DNA from: a virus
IMG/VR virus record: IMGVR_UViG_3300028596_000009
Coordinates: 102,824 to 166,823 of that record
Reading direction: 5' to 3' (one strand)
DNA length: 64,000 bases
Position 1 is the stretch's first letter; every line of letters starts with the position of its first letter. The position numbers and the translations under genes are program-made. This document shows positions 36,519 through 47,600 of this stretch, one piece after another. Below the pieces are notes generated by a model. That model did not search any database, had not been told where the DNA came from, and saw only the letters and a program-made list of their open reading frames with translations.

Positions 36519-38933
36519 CTACGGACCGACACCCACCCACGGCCCGGCGAAGTCCGTGCCCACGTTCGAGGCCGGAGTGATCGTCGAGGGGATCGTCGTC
36601 CGGCTCGTACCGTTGATGGCGAACCGGAACGTGGCGGCCGTCAGACCCACGTTGGCCGCCGCCTCCACCCCCGTCCAGCCGGAGCCTCGGGTCAGCGTCG
36701 GGGCGCCGGAGGCGTTGATCAGGATCGCTACCCAGTAGAACGATCCGGCCGTCAGCGCCGTCGAGGCGATCGTGGTCGCCTTCAGCCCGGCCGAGGAGAT
36801 CGCCGCGTCCGTACCGGCCGAAGCCAGCAGGGTGCCCGCCGAGTTGTAGATGCCGACATGGTTCTGACCGGCGACCGCTCCGGAGCCCTGGTTACCGATC
36901 CACCAGTACAGCTTGGTGATGCTGGTGCTGGCGGCGATGTTCACCCTCGCCAGGTAGAGCGTGCCGTTGGTCGGCGACGTCGAGTTCACCGCGAGGGCCG
37001 GGTCGTAGCACCACGCCGAAATGCCATGTGCCGCCGGAGTGTCCTGACCGTGCGCGAAGCCGGTGGCCAGTACATTGCCGGTGATCGTTCCACCGGATGC
37101 CGGGAAGGCTCCTGTGATCCTGCCGTCGTCCCCCGCCGCGACCGTTCCGTTGGTTGTGCCGACGTTCCTGGTGGCCGAGTTGCCAAGACCCAGGTTCGTC
37201 CGTCCCAAGCTGACGTCGTCCAGGTCGGACAGGTTGGAGGACTTTTGTGCCGCTCCGGTGATACGCGAGTCGTTTCCGGCTGCGACTGTTCCTCCGGTCG
37301 TGCCGACGTTCAGTACAGAAGCCCCGCCGAGACCCAGGTTCGCCCGTGCCAAAGAGCTGTCATTCAGGTCCGACAGGTTGCTGGTCTTGTCCAGCTTCTC
37401 GGCGACGTCCCCTTCGACTGCCGTCATGCGGCCTTCGAGGGCGGTTCCGTCGGCGCCCGGGTAGCCATCGGTGAAGCTCGGGGTGCCGAACTTCGTGGCC
37501 GGGATGATGCGGGCCTGAAGAGGATCCGAGAGATCGGTAGCCGTGTGCCGGACAGCCAGGAAGGCTACGAGAACACCATTGCCCGGCAGTGCCAGGTTGT
37601 TCACGAACGTCGGCTCACCGGCGCCCATGATCGCGTCGGCCAGGGTGTCGTACACCTTCTGCCCGTACTGGGAGACGTGGATCTCCGAGATGCCGTCGTT
37701 GGTCGGGAAGAGCCAGAGTCGTTGCACAGTGGACCGGTTGATGTCTCCACCCACCGCCGTGAGGGAGCCGCCGACGTCGTAGTTCGCGGGGTCGATGTTG
37801 GCGGTCGGGGCCGAGCCGAGGACCAGGGTGTTGCGGAGGATCTTCAGCCACGCTGCGGGGTCCCCGCCGACCGTCGCCACCACGTGCGGCTCGTTGGTCG
37901 GCACACCGTCGTTGTAGTGGTTCCAGCCCCTGGAGAAGACGCGGCCGGGCGAGACGTCGAGCGTCAGGTTGGCGTTCGGCGTGACGGAGTTGCCCGAGAT
38001 GTTGAACGCGCCCATCGCGTCCATCAGGTCGTAGAGCTGGTTCACCGGCTGCTGGTTGATCACCGGGATCGACTGCTCGACGATGATCTGTCCGCCCAGC
38101 ACAGTGGTTACGCCGAGGACCAGGTGAGTGCGTCGCTGCGATCCGCTCGGGCGCAGGGCCTGCTGGGTGATCGCCTGTGTCTCGTCCATGAGCCACCAGG
38201 TGATGGCGCGCGTCTGCGCTTCCGCCTCCAGGGCGACTGTCATCGTGGTGGTGGTCTGGATCTCGGTGGTGATCGGGTTGGGCGGGTCGGTGAGGTAGTC
38301 GACGATGAAGCCGTGCAGCGGCGCGATGTCGATGGCCAGCGGGTTCGAGGCGTTGACGTTGAGGTCGCCGCCGCTGACGATGCCGGTGTTCAGTCCGGAC
38401 TCGGTGTCGTCGCCGCCTCCTTCACCGGGAGGGCCCTGGGGACCAGTGGGTCCGGCGGGTCCGGTCGCACCCGTGGCACCGGTCGCACCGGTTGCGCCTG
38501 TGGGGCCGGGAGGTCCGGAAGGGCCCTGGGGTCCGGGCGGTCCAGGAGGACCCTGAACAGGGTCGCCGGGTATGGGCGCGGACGGGACGGTGAGCAGGTC
38601 GGTGATGTCGACCGGGCCGTCTCCGGAGGGGAGGGCGAACACCCATGTGACCCACCGGCCGTCTATCAGCTCGCGCATCTCCCAGGACCGGTTGTCCGGA
38701 AGTACGCCGGGGGCGTCGGTGGTGACCAGGTCGATGGCGAAGTCGCCCGATGCCAGCACACGAGATCCTCCGCCTGTGAGGATCTGATTACCATCGGTGT
38801 CGGTCCACCTGGATGGCACCGGTGTGAACTCGACACGCCCGCGCGTGGGCCGACCGGTGGCCGGGTTCACATAAGTGCCGGTCACGGTACGGGTGGTGGG
38901 AAGGGTCACATTCGCTCCCGTCGTCCTACTCAT
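36519..38933 (-). CDS. Collagen-repeat fibre protein (head or tail fibre)
   Basis: About 14 Gly-X-Y triplets; duplicated SNLSDL...R.NLGLG...VGTT.GTVAAG.D.RITG repeat. Confidence 0.8.
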   Translation of the reverse strand: MSRTTGANVTLPTTRTVTGTYVNPATGRPTRGRVEFTPVPSRWTDTDGNQILTGGGSRVLASGDFAIDLVTTDAPGVLPDNRSWEMRELIDGRWVTWVFALPSGDGPVDITDLLTVPSAPIPGDPVQGPPGPPGPQGPSGPPGPTGATGATGATGATGPAGPTGPQGPPGEGGGDDTESGLNTGIVSGGDLNVNASNPLAIDIAPLHGFIVDYLTDPPNPITTEIQTTTTMTVALEAEAQTRAITWWLMDETQAITQQALRPSGSQRRTHLVLGVTTVLGGQIIVEQSIPVINQQPVNQLYDLMDAMGAFNISGNSVTPNANLTLDVSPGRVFSRGWNHYNDGVPTNEPHVVATVGGDPAAWLKILRNTLVLGSAPTANIDPANYDVGGSLTAVGGDINRSTVQRLWLFPTNDGISEIHVSQYGQKVYDTLADAIMGAGEPTFVNNLALPGNGVLVAFLAVRHTATDLSDPLQARIIPATKFGTPSFTDGYPGADGTALEGRMTAVEGDVAEKLDKTSNLSDLNDSSLARANLGLGGASVLNVGTTGGTVAAGNDSRITGAAQKSSNLSDLDDVSLGRTNLGLGNSATRNVGTTNGTVAAGDDGRITGAFPASGGTITGNVLATGFAHGQDTPAAHGISAWCYDPALAVNSTSPTNGTLYLARVNIAASTSITKLYWWIGNQGSGAVAGQNHVGIYNSAGTLLASAGTDAAISSAGLKATTIASTALTAGSFYWVAILINASGAPTLTRGSGWTGVEAAANVGLTAATFRFAINGTSRTTIPSTITPASNVGTDFAGPWVGVGP

Positions 38934-39098
38934 GGTAGCTGCGGACCTGACGTACTTGTACGAATGTGACAAGAAGTGCGGTACCCTGGGCCCGTCCACG
39001 AAGCTGTACCGTCCATGGCTGGTCCTTGGCGACTCTTCGAGGGAAGCCCCGTCGACTCGATCCCGGCGGGGCTTTCTGCTGCGCCAAATCTATTCGGG

Positions 39099-39190
39099 AA
39101 AACGAAGAAGCCCCCGGTTGCGCAACCGAGGGCTTCCTCTGGAAAGGAGAAAGACGACAAGACACCTGAAAGGAGATCCTGTGGCCTGTC
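39099..39190 (-). ncRNA. Candidate sRNA with two UCUCCUUUC anti-SD motifs
   Basis: TACTGT -10 at 39203-39198, 5' hairpin, terminator hairpin with U-rich tail. Confidence 0.5.
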
Positions 39191-39223
39191 AAGACAGACA
39201 GTACAGGTCTTTGACCGGGAAAG

Positions 39224-39258
39224 CCAGAACCCCCCACGTCAGACGCAGGGGGTTCTGG
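39224..39258 (-). terminator. Terminator after the major capsid gene
   Basis: CCAGAACCCCC-loop-GGGGGTTCTGG followed by CTTT on the minus strand. Confidence 0.7.
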
Positions 39259-39346
39259 GTGAGAGCCGGGGGGAATGGCTCTCCGGCCCTCACGGACCGG
39301 GGTCCGGACCCGGGATGGGTGAGGCCCGGATCCGGCCAGTCGTGGG

Positions 39347-40735
39347 CTACTTCGCCGTGGTGGGCTTGGTCGCCGTGGTCTTCGTCTCGGTCTTCTCGGC
39401 GGCCGGGGCAGCCGGGGCGGCCGGAGCCGGAGCCGAACGGATGGTGATCGGCGCGGCGAAGGAGCCACCGCCGGTCGGGGTGCCGTCACCCAGGGAGACC
39501 GCCACCGCGCTGTTGTCGATACCGGCGGCACCGACGATCGAGCGAACGCGGTACTGGATGTCGTCGTGCGAGAAGGAGCCCTCGAACGCCGACAACTCGC
39601 CACCGCCGAGGCTGCGGCCGGTGTCGCCCATGACGCGGACCTCGGGGGACTCGTGGCCCCGGAGGAACGCGGTGACGATGGCCGGGCCGCGCTCCGTGGT
39701 GCCACCGGCCGGAACCAGGTACCACGTGGTCGCGGCGTCCGCCGACTGGTCGATGAGCGGCAGCCACTGCGACTCGACGACCGTGAAGCGGCCCGCGATC
39801 GGGGAGGCGACGTTGACGCGCAGCTCGTTGCCCGCGCCGTCCGTGGTGACGCGCATGTACGTGGTCGCCTGGGCGATCTCGTGGGCGGTCAGCGCCAGCG
39901 ACGGCGGGACGAGCAGAACGAAGTTCTGCACACGGACCATGCGGCCGTTGACCTTGCGCATGCTGATCTGCTGGATCGCCTTCTCCAGCGCGTCCAGCGA
40001 GAGCGGCGGGTTGTCCGCGACGTAGTTGCCGGGGACGACCTGGGCGCCGAAGTCCTGGCTGGTGTTGAAGAAGTCCGGGTTCGGACCGCTCGCCGTGGCG
40101 AGCACGCCGGTGGTCAGGACGTCCTCGGTGTCACGAGCCCAGCGCGCCATCTCCGACGGGAGCTGCTGGAGGACCCTCAGCTCGTCGTTGAGGAACGCCT
40201 CCCACGAGAAGGGGAACCTTGCTCCGTACTTGTTGACGAAGTAGTCGCTCCCTTCCGTGGTCAGGTTGAACGTCGGGTATTCGGTCAGCTCCGGGATCCT
40301 CGGGAGCGCGCGGACGTGACGCTCCGCACCACCGTTGTGGTCGGGGAGCTGGTCCATCTGCGAGTCCCAGCGGACCAGGCGGGCCGGACGAAAATCGGGA
40401 ACCGTGGTGCGCTGCGAGAAGGTCGGCCACTGCTGCGGCAAGTCGGCGTACTGGCCGAGCATGGACGCCTGCGACACCGCCTGGAACAGCAGCGGGAAGT
40501 CGCCGGAGGACACGGCCTCGCGGAGGCGGCCCATCGCCAGGTGCTGACCCTGCGCGGCCTCGCTGATGATGCGCATCAGCTCGACCGGCCGCTTCATGGC
40601 CATGACGTTCTTGAAGGCGGTGTTCTTGATGACCTGGCGCCGGTTGACGTGCGCCTCGGCGATCTTCGCGAACTCGCGGTTGTTCGTGGTCGAGATGCCG
40701 TCGAAAGCCGAGAGGACGTCGATTTCCTTGCTCAT
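39347..40735 (-). CDS. Major capsid protein (HK97 fold, Mu gpT-like)
   Basis: SSGDFPLL, VPDFRP, ELTEYP, KYGARFPFSWEAFLND, LLVPPSL; strong codon bias. Confidence 0.92.
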   Translation of the reverse strand: MSKEIDVLSAFDGISTTNNREFAKIAEAHVNRRQVIKNTAFKNVMAMKRPVELMRIISEAAQGQHLAMGRLREAVSSGDFPLLFQAVSQASMLGQYADLPQQWPTFSQRTTVPDFRPARLVRWDSQMDQLPDHNGGAERHVRALPRIPELTEYPTFNLTTEGSDYFVNKYGARFPFSWEAFLNDELRVLQQLPSEMARWARDTEDVLTTGVLATASGPNPDFFNTSQDFGAQVVPGNYVADNPPLSLDALEKAIQQISMRKVNGRMVRVQNFVLLVPPSLALTAHEIAQATTYMRVTTDGAGNELRVNVASPIAGRFTVVESQWLPLIDQSADAATTWYLVPAGGTTERGPAIVTAFLRGHESPEVRVMGDTGRSLGGGELSAFEGSFSHDDIQYRVRSIVGAAGIDNSAVAVSLGDGTPTGGGSFAAPITIRSAPAPAAPAAPAAEKTETKTTATKPTTAK

Positions 40736-40757
40736 GTTGTCTCTACCCCCTCTCTAC

Positions 40758-41273
40758 TTAGGAACCGATCGGCATGTCGGGAACAGCGTTCACGACACCC
40801 TGGAGGTTCTGGACGATGTTGACGATCGGGATCGGCCGGAGCGGGTTCCCGAGGTTGTCCTTCTGCATCATCTTGGTCCAGCCGATGATGGTGCCGAAGG
40901 GGTGGTCGCCCGCAGCGACGGTAAGGGTCGCGGCGTCCGAACCGGCGGCGGCGTTGATGTTGACCGTCGTGCCCGCGCCGTGGACGGCCGGGTCGAAGTC
41001 CTGCACCGGGATCGCCCAGGCGCCGCAGAGGGCGACGGACGCCCAGCCGGGCTCCAGCGAGTCGGCGGTGTTGCGCGACTGGGTGACGGTGAGCGAACCG
41101 ATCGAGTACTCGACCGGAACACCGCCGACTTCCTGCGCGACACCGACGAGGTCACCGATCAGGACCGGGTCGCCGTTGCGCGTGGGGTCGGCATTGACGG
41201 CAGGGTCGGAGCCCCGCAGCGGCAGCGGAAGCGAGATCCACTGGCCGTACTTGAAGACCTCATTGGTCGCCAT
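40758..41273 (-). CDS. Capsid cement/decoration protein (DUF2190-like)
   Basis: MATN...GDPVLIGDLVGVA...GAW; between protease and capsid genes. Confidence 0.7.
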   Translation of the reverse strand: MATNEVFKYGQWISLPLPLRGSDPAVNADPTRNGDPVLIGDLVGVAQEVGGVPVEYSIGSLTVTQSRNTADSLEPGWASVALCGAWAIPVQDFDPAVHGAGTTVNINAAAGSDAATLTVAAGDHPFGTIIGWTKMMQKDNLGNPLRPIPIVNIVQNLQGVVNAVPDMPIGS

Positions 41274-41277
41274 GGAC

Positions 41278-42390
41278 TCAGAACTCCCCTCGGAGGACGG
41301 ACTCAAGGTCTCCGAGCTGCTCGGCCGTAGAGCCGGTGCCGAAGTTGGACGACGGCGTCATCGCGGACTCGACCAGGCCCAGGCCCGACGAGTCGGTGCG
41401 CGACAGCTCGCCCAGCTCCGACTCGCGGCGGATCTTCTTGAGGTACTCGCGCTCGGCCGTGATGTCGGCGTTGTGGTCCTTGCCGGGACGGTAGGACTCG
41501 ACGATCCGGACCATCGACGGCACCGGGAGGCCGGACTTGATGAGGTCGGCCAGAACCTCGTTGTTTTTCTTCGACTCGATGACCAGCGTGTCAGCCTTGA
41601 TCTGACGCTCGTTGATCGACTCGACGAACTCGCGCAGCGCCGTGTTCTCCTCGGCGATCTGCTTGAGAACCTTCAGGCTCTCGCGCAGCGCCTGGCTCAG
41701 ACGGCCCTGGTCCACGGAGAGCTGCTCGATGCGGTCCGAAATGGACTCGCGCAGCGAAACGACCTCGCTGCGCAGCGCACCGTTGCCGGTACCCGAGGGA
41801 GCGGACTCCTCGATCGGGGTGACAATCGGCGCGCCCTCAGCCGGAGGGGATCCCGGCTTGGTCGACTCAGTCATGGTGACGAGCCTTCCTCCCGCTCCAG
41901 CGCGGGTGACGACGTCAACGGACAGTCCCTCGGATATGGCCCGTACGACGCGCTGGCCGTCCGGACTCACCTCGATCTCTCCTGCGGCCCGAATGGACAG
42001 ACCGATCACGGGAGCAAGGGACTTGATGCGGTCCTTCAGTTCGTCGATGAACTGGATGCGAGCGAAAAGCCCGCGTCCGTCAGACGACTCTTCGAACCTG
42101 GCCCCGTCCACCAGGTATCCGGCGAGGTCGCGAACGCTCCGTTCGGGCCGTTCGACGTCTTCGCCGGATGTCGGGTGGTCGAGGAACACGTGGGTTCCGG
42201 CCGGGAACGCAAAGGGTCCGTCGCGGCGCAGTACTTCCGCCGGGTAGTACCCCGAGCTTCCCTGTACATCTGCTTCGATCAGGCGGGCTCGCCAAATTCC
42301 CTTCGACTCCACCCCCGTCGGGCTGAGTACCAGGGTTGCCGATTCCGCCAGAGTGGCGACAACCAAGTTTGCGTTCCTAACGACTAGCAC
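41278..42390 (-). CDS. Capsid maturation protease with scaffold region
   Basis: GSSGYYPAEVL, FLDHP, RSVRDLAG, GLSIRA.G, SVDVVTRAGAGG; coiled-coil C-terminus. Confidence 0.85.
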   Translation of the reverse strand: MLVVRNANLVVATLAESATLVLSPTGVESKGIWRARLIEADVQGSSGYYPAEVLRRDGPFAFPAGTHVFLDHPTSGEDVERPERSVRDLAGYLVDGARFEESSDGRGLFARIQFIDELKDRIKSLAPVIGLSIRAAGEIEVSPDGQRVVRAISEGLSVDVVTRAGAGGRLVTMTESTKPGSPPAEGAPIVTPIEESAPSGTGNGALRSEVVSLRESISDRIEQLSVDQGRLSQALRESLKVLKQIAEENTALREFVESINERQIKADTLVIESKKNNEVLADLIKSGLPVPSMVRIVESYRPGKDHNADITAEREYLKKIRRESELGELSRTDSSGLGLVESAMTPSSNFGTGSTAEQLGDLESVLRGEF

Positions 42391-42432
42391 GTGTGTCAGG
42401 ACACAGGGTAACCCGTCAGCGCTTCGAAGGGA

Positions 42433-44103
42433 TCAATCCTCGTTATCTGCATCTTCCTGCGAACCTTCGTCTCGCAGTTCGTGGTCACCCATCGACGGAG
42501 GATCAACCTGCGGAGGACCGTTCTTCGTCGACTGTGCAGAAGCAACGGAAGCCTCCGCCTGCTGAGTCGGCTGCGGCTGGAGAATGAAGGGAAGCTTGCT
42601 CGGCGGAGGAGCCTGCCGGGGAAAATCATCCCATTTGTCGTGCCACGCGTCGAGCACCATCGCGCGCGCTTCGTCTGCGGTGAAAAGTCCGAGCCTCACA
42701 GCCATGTTGATGGCCTGGAGGCGACGGTGAATCGGCTCTTCCGAGATCTCGGGCCACCGCAGACGAACCTTCAGGCCGAGCAGACGGAAGATGATCCGGA
42801 ATGCTTCGTCCATCATCTTCTGACGCATCTGCATCACGAGAACCGTGGACGTGTCGAGAGCGGCGGCGGTAGCCCGGGTGCCCAGAGTCGGGTCTTCGGT
42901 CAGAGCGGGGAGCGGCACATCGAGCGCGGCTGCGATCATCGCGGCGAGCGGGCGCCCGGCGTCGAAGTCCACCTTCGTGTTTCCGCCGACTGCGGAGAGA
43001 TCCTGTCCGGCGCCCAGAACGGCCGACGCGCCTACCGAGAGAGGCTGACCGGTCGTCGGGTCCGTGCGGGGAGCCTGTGCGAGCTGAGCGGCCGTACGGC
43101 GCACTCCACGGGAACGCTCGCTCGTGACCTTCCACGCGAACCTGGCGTACGCCTTCGTCAGCGTCGCGCAGTTCTCCAGGTACTCCTTGTACGCCTTCGT
43201 CCACCACACGGCGGGAAGGACGTCCGGAACCCCCCATCGCCATCCGACCAGACGGTTGAACGGCACATGGACGATGACCTTGTTGTGGTCGACCGGGTCG
43301 CCGTCGATGCGATTGCGGTTGCTGCGTCGGCTGTCTGGCTGGTCCACGAGCAGGTTGGTCGGGTACCACACGGAAACGTTCCGGTACGAGGCGCTGGCGG
43401 AACCGTCCCTGTTCATGTTCGTCCAGGTCCGCGATCCGCGTCCGAAGTCGGGGTCGGTGACCGGCTTGGTGTCGATGTCGCCGCTGTCGAGTTCGAGGTC
43501 CCAGTCGTTCCAGGTGCGCCTGATGTACAGGATCCGCTCCCGGTTGCCGCGCTGGGAGACCGCTTCGGTGATTTCCTCGAACGGCACGCGCTGGACCGTT
43601 TTGGCCTTCTTGTCCACGAGGAAGAACAGGTTGCCGTCGGTGGCGGCGGTCAGCTCGATCTCCATCTGGGCCAGAGAGCCCGTCAGGACGTCTTCGACAC
43701 CCGGCGGAAGGGTCGGTTCGGTGTTCACACTGCGAGGGCGCCCAGGGCCGCCGGAGACGAATTCCTTCGCGACGACGCTGACGCCGGATCCCCAGATGTA
43801 GCCGGTGCGCACCTTCAGCCCGCGCTCCACGAGCGGATTGACGGTGGCGACTGCGCGGCACAGTTCGCTCGCGCGGTGAAGTCCTTCGAGCGTGAAGGAG
43901 TTGGAGGAGTCGGCCACGCCCGCGAGCGGGCGCCAGCCTATGTCTTCGAGTGCGAGCTGCGCGGTCGAGAACTCACCGGCCTCCTGGAGCATCTCGTCGG
44001 TGACGAGACCGGTGAGTTCTTCGTTCCTGGCTTCGAGGGTGTCGACGAGCGCCCTCACTTCCTTCAGGGACATCTCGTCGACAGACTTGCCCATGTGATC
44101 CAT
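42433..44103 (-). CDS. Portal protein
   Basis: 556 aa between terminase and protease; NPLVERGL..R..YIWG, DGNLF, RWGVPD motifs. Confidence 0.85.
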   Translation of the reverse strand: MDHMGKSVDEMSLKEVRALVDTLEARNEELTGLVTDEMLQEAGEFSTAQLALEDIGWRPLAGVADSSNSFTLEGLHRASELCRAVATVNPLVERGLKVRTGYIWGSGVSVVAKEFVSGGPGRPRSVNTEPTLPPGVEDVLTGSLAQMEIELTAATDGNLFFLVDKKAKTVQRVPFEEITEAVSQRGNRERILYIRRTWNDWDLELDSGDIDTKPVTDPDFGRGSRTWTNMNRDGSASASYRNVSVWYPTNLLVDQPDSRRSNRNRIDGDPVDHNKVIVHVPFNRLVGWRWGVPDVLPAVWWTKAYKEYLENCATLTKAYARFAWKVTSERSRGVRRTAAQLAQAPRTDPTTGQPLSVGASAVLGAGQDLSAVGGNTKVDFDAGRPLAAMIAAALDVPLPALTEDPTLGTRATAAALDTSTVLVMQMRQKMMDEAFRIIFRLLGLKVRLRWPEISEEPIHRRLQAINMAVRLGLFTADEARAMVLDAWHDKWDDFPRQAPPPSKLPFILQPQPTQQAEASVASAQSTKNGPPQVDPPSMGDHELRDEGSQEDADNED

Positions 44104-44162
44104 AACCTCAGAATAATCCGACGCTTACCCCGGGGTTATTGTCACTGCCAGGTTCTCTTCGG

Positions 44163-44492
44163 CTACTTCACAGGGACTTCCTGTGCCTCATCCCCGCCCT
44201 CGGCCGTGGACGGGTCCTTCTTCTCGGGCAGGCACTCGACGATGCCGGGCCCCTCGTTTCCTATCCCGAGCTTGGCGACGGACGTGACGACCGAGACGAG
44301 GACCGCGAACACGGCCACCGATCCCATGGTCGACCAGGGGAGGACGCCGAGTCCGGAGTCGGTGATGTCGGTCGCCGTGAACACGACGAGCTGGGCGAGG
44401 ATGGCCTGGGCACCGGTGAAGACGGAACGCTCCGCCGTCGCGATCCAGAACCTCTTGTCTGCGAGCATGGACGCCCTGCTGGGCTTGGTCAT
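44163..44492 (-). CDS. Holin (r1t-like)
   Basis: FWIATAERSVFTGAQ...PW...SVVTSVA; two TM segments, charged C-terminus. Confidence 0.8.
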   Translation of the reverse strand: MTKPSRASMLADKRFWIATAERSVFTGAQAILAQLVVFTATDITDSGLGVLPWSTMGSVAVFAVLVSVVTSVAKLGIGNEGPGIVECLPEKKDPSTAEGGDEAQEVPVK

Positions 44493-44647
44493 GGGGGACA
44501 CCTCACTTGCTTGGCTCCGCACCCCGATGTGGCGCGCGGAGTGCTCCACTCCTGAAGCACTTACACCAGGGTTCCATGATCGCCCCTCAGGACGACTTAT
44601 TCATCTGATTAGTCTGATGGCATTGACCTCAGTCACATGCGGGTGTA

Positions 44648-47600
44648 TCAGAACGGCGAGATCATCATGTCGCCATCCATGAACCCCTCCAGCTCCTCGG
44701 CCATGGTGTGCGCCGACTCCGCGTACATGTCGCCGATCTGAGGCCCACTCGCCACCGGGGCGGTCGCGTACGCCAGGGCATCGGCGAAGTCGGGGGAACG
44801 GCCATGCTTCGTACGCATCTCCTCCTTCGGCATGATGTACAGCTTCCCGTTTTTGAACAGGTAGAAGATGATCGCCAGATCGTCCTTGAGCTGCTCGTGC
44901 TCCATGATCTTCACCGAGCCGTTGCGCAGCATCTGCCGGAGCTGGTCGAACCAATACGCCCTCGCGTTGCCGTAACCGTGCACAGAACCGCCCACGTCCG
45001 TCGGAGCCGACGCGGAACCGTGCATCTCATACACCGAGTACCAGGCTTCGGGAAGCAGGGCGAGACGGGCGTTCAGGGTGTCGACGACACCGGCACCGAG
45101 ACCGACAGCGTCGACCCGGATCTCCACCCACGACGCCTTGAACTTCTCCTTCAGCTCCTCCGCCAGACGGATCACCTGGTGCGCGGAAGACGTCGTATCC
45201 GTACCCGACCAGGTCGCCTCGACCTTCGCGGTCCTGTTCATGTAGGAGACGACCACGTTCTGGTCCGCACCGAAACGGGCGACGTCGACCCCGAGCCGCA
45301 GAGTGCCGTGCGGGCCCGGCATCGGAACGTCGTCGAACGCTGAGGAGATGACCGCCGGAGGGAACAGCGAAGACTTCGAGACCTCGGGGAACTTGGCGTC
45401 GACCTTCGACATGTACCTCGGGTCGTCCTTGCCCCACGCCCGCAGGCGCTGCTCACACCACAGCTTCGAGACGAGGACGTCCTTCAGCAGCTCCGGCACC
45501 GGTTCGCCGGTGAAGTTCGGTGTTGAGGCGGCGGGTACGGACACCCTGTTCCACATGTCCGCCATCTCCGGCTTCAGGTACACCTTGCCGAACTCGGTGT
45601 TCCTGTCGTCCGGGTTTCCGATGGCGAGAATGCGGCAGCCCTCGGTGGTGGTGATGGCCTCGACACCGGTCCAGATCTCCTCCGGCACACCGCAGTTTCC
45701 GGACCAGAGGGTGTAGCCCTTCCGGCGAGTGAACAGCATGGCTTCCGGAGGTACGGAGGCGCAGTACACCATCCCCTCGTAGTCGATCTTCTTCAGGTTC
45801 TGCGGGTAGAACTTGATCTTCGAGTCTTCGCGGGGTCGGGTGATGACGTACCCGTCCACCGACGAGGTAGCGATGTGAGTCCCAAAGTCGGACTCGACAC
45901 CGGCAAGGCTCCGCTTCCGCACCACCGAAGGGCTGCCCGTCTTCAGGATCATCTCCTGAAGGTCGTCAGCCATCTGCGGTGACGAGGTGTAGATGATTCC
46001 CTGCCCCTGCTTCCAGTAGCCGTCACCCTTGAGGTAGGAGTCCAGCAGCATGCCGATCTGCCGCGCACTGGCCATGCGGGCGTACGTAGGCACTCGCTTG
46101 ACGAGGCAGCCATCTCCGAACTGAGCCAGATGGCGACCAAGCTGTGTGTCGGTGATGTGGACCTGCTTGCCCGTGTTCCGAGGTTTGAATCCCAAGCTTT
46201 CGGCCAGATCGAAGATCTCCTGCCTGACGTTATCGTCCTGCTGGGAGATGCCGATTCCGTAGACCTGACCACGATGCTTGATCAGGTGCCCTTCGCTCAG
46301 ATACCAGCCGAGGAAGGTCATCCAGTCGTCCATGTCGACGAATCTGGCCGGGAAGAACTTCCGCTCACTCGCATACTCGGGCAGCTCGAACTTCTCCTGG
46401 TCGGGGGCCGTCCAGGAGATCGTCTTCTTCATGTACTTGTCGGTCTTGCCCGCCAGCTCCTCCATCGGAGTCTTGCGCCAGGCAGTGTCCCGATTCCGGC
46501 TGCGGCCATGGAAGTACATGTCGTGATCGGGGGTGACGCAGAAGTTCGCGCCCTTCGCCTCGTACAAGTACATCGGACCGGTGTGCGGCTTCTTCACGAT
46601 CTTCTGAGGCTTTCGGTAGGTAGCCTCGTGAGTCGTCTGGTCCATGGTCAGGAGACGCTCATCGCCCGTCAGGTCGGCGAAGAGCTTCCAGCCGTCCTCG
46701 GTCATCACTTCGGTCTGGTCGTCGTGGCATGCCTCGTCGAGCACAACAAGGACATATCGTCGGTGGATTCCGTGGAAGGCGTGACGGTCACCGGTGGCGG
46801 GCTTGCGTCCGAATCCGAGTACCTGGCCCGAGTCCGACTTCCACTCGTCTCCCTGGGTCACGCGCCCGATCATCGGAAACCCGCGCTGCTGCGCCGTGGC
46901 GTGATGCTTCCGGATCTCCTCCCAGAGGATCTTGTTGACCTGGGCGTAGGTCGGGGCCGTCGAGACCACGATGGCGTCACCGGGCGGCCGGGTGTTGATC
47001 CACCAGCAGGCGAGAACCGAGGCGATCATCGAGTTGTGGGTCGGGATGCCTTCCTCGGTGCACAGGAAGAGATGGTCGAAGGCGTTGACCTGGATGCACT
47101 TCACGTCGCCGTCGGCGATGCGCTCCACCGAGACGATCTCCCACCCGCTCGGGCCCGGGTCGTACCGGTCGAGCTGGCGCTCCAGGGCCGCGTTCAGGGC
47201 AACAGCCCGGTCGTTCTCGGAGGGCAGCAGGTCGGCGGCTATTGGGGAGCAGACGGACAGTGTCCACGTCATCGACGCGTTGTGCCTGCGCTTGTGCAGC
47301 AGCGTGTGGATGCCGGATTCGGCCAGCGACTCCCTGACCCTGGTCAGTTCATCCGGCTGTGTCGTTCCGTGAGTGACCCACCGGAGCGCTGGACGGCCGG
47401 TGTCGTCGCACAGCCCCCTGCTCATCAGCAGGTCGGTCACCCAGAACTCGGCCCGCCACGGGTGGTCGGCTCGTTCCAGCCGGGGGATCCGGCCAGGGAT
47501 CACGAACTTCATGTTCCGGCTTGTCATGCTGAACAGGGCCCGGGTGTCGAAAACCTGGGTCAGGTGGTGCCATGCCCCGAAGTGGACTTTCTTCACCGAA

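Noticed and set aside
38430-38555. Short DNA repeats (GGTCGCACC-like)
   Set aside because: Explained by collagen Gly-X-Y coding
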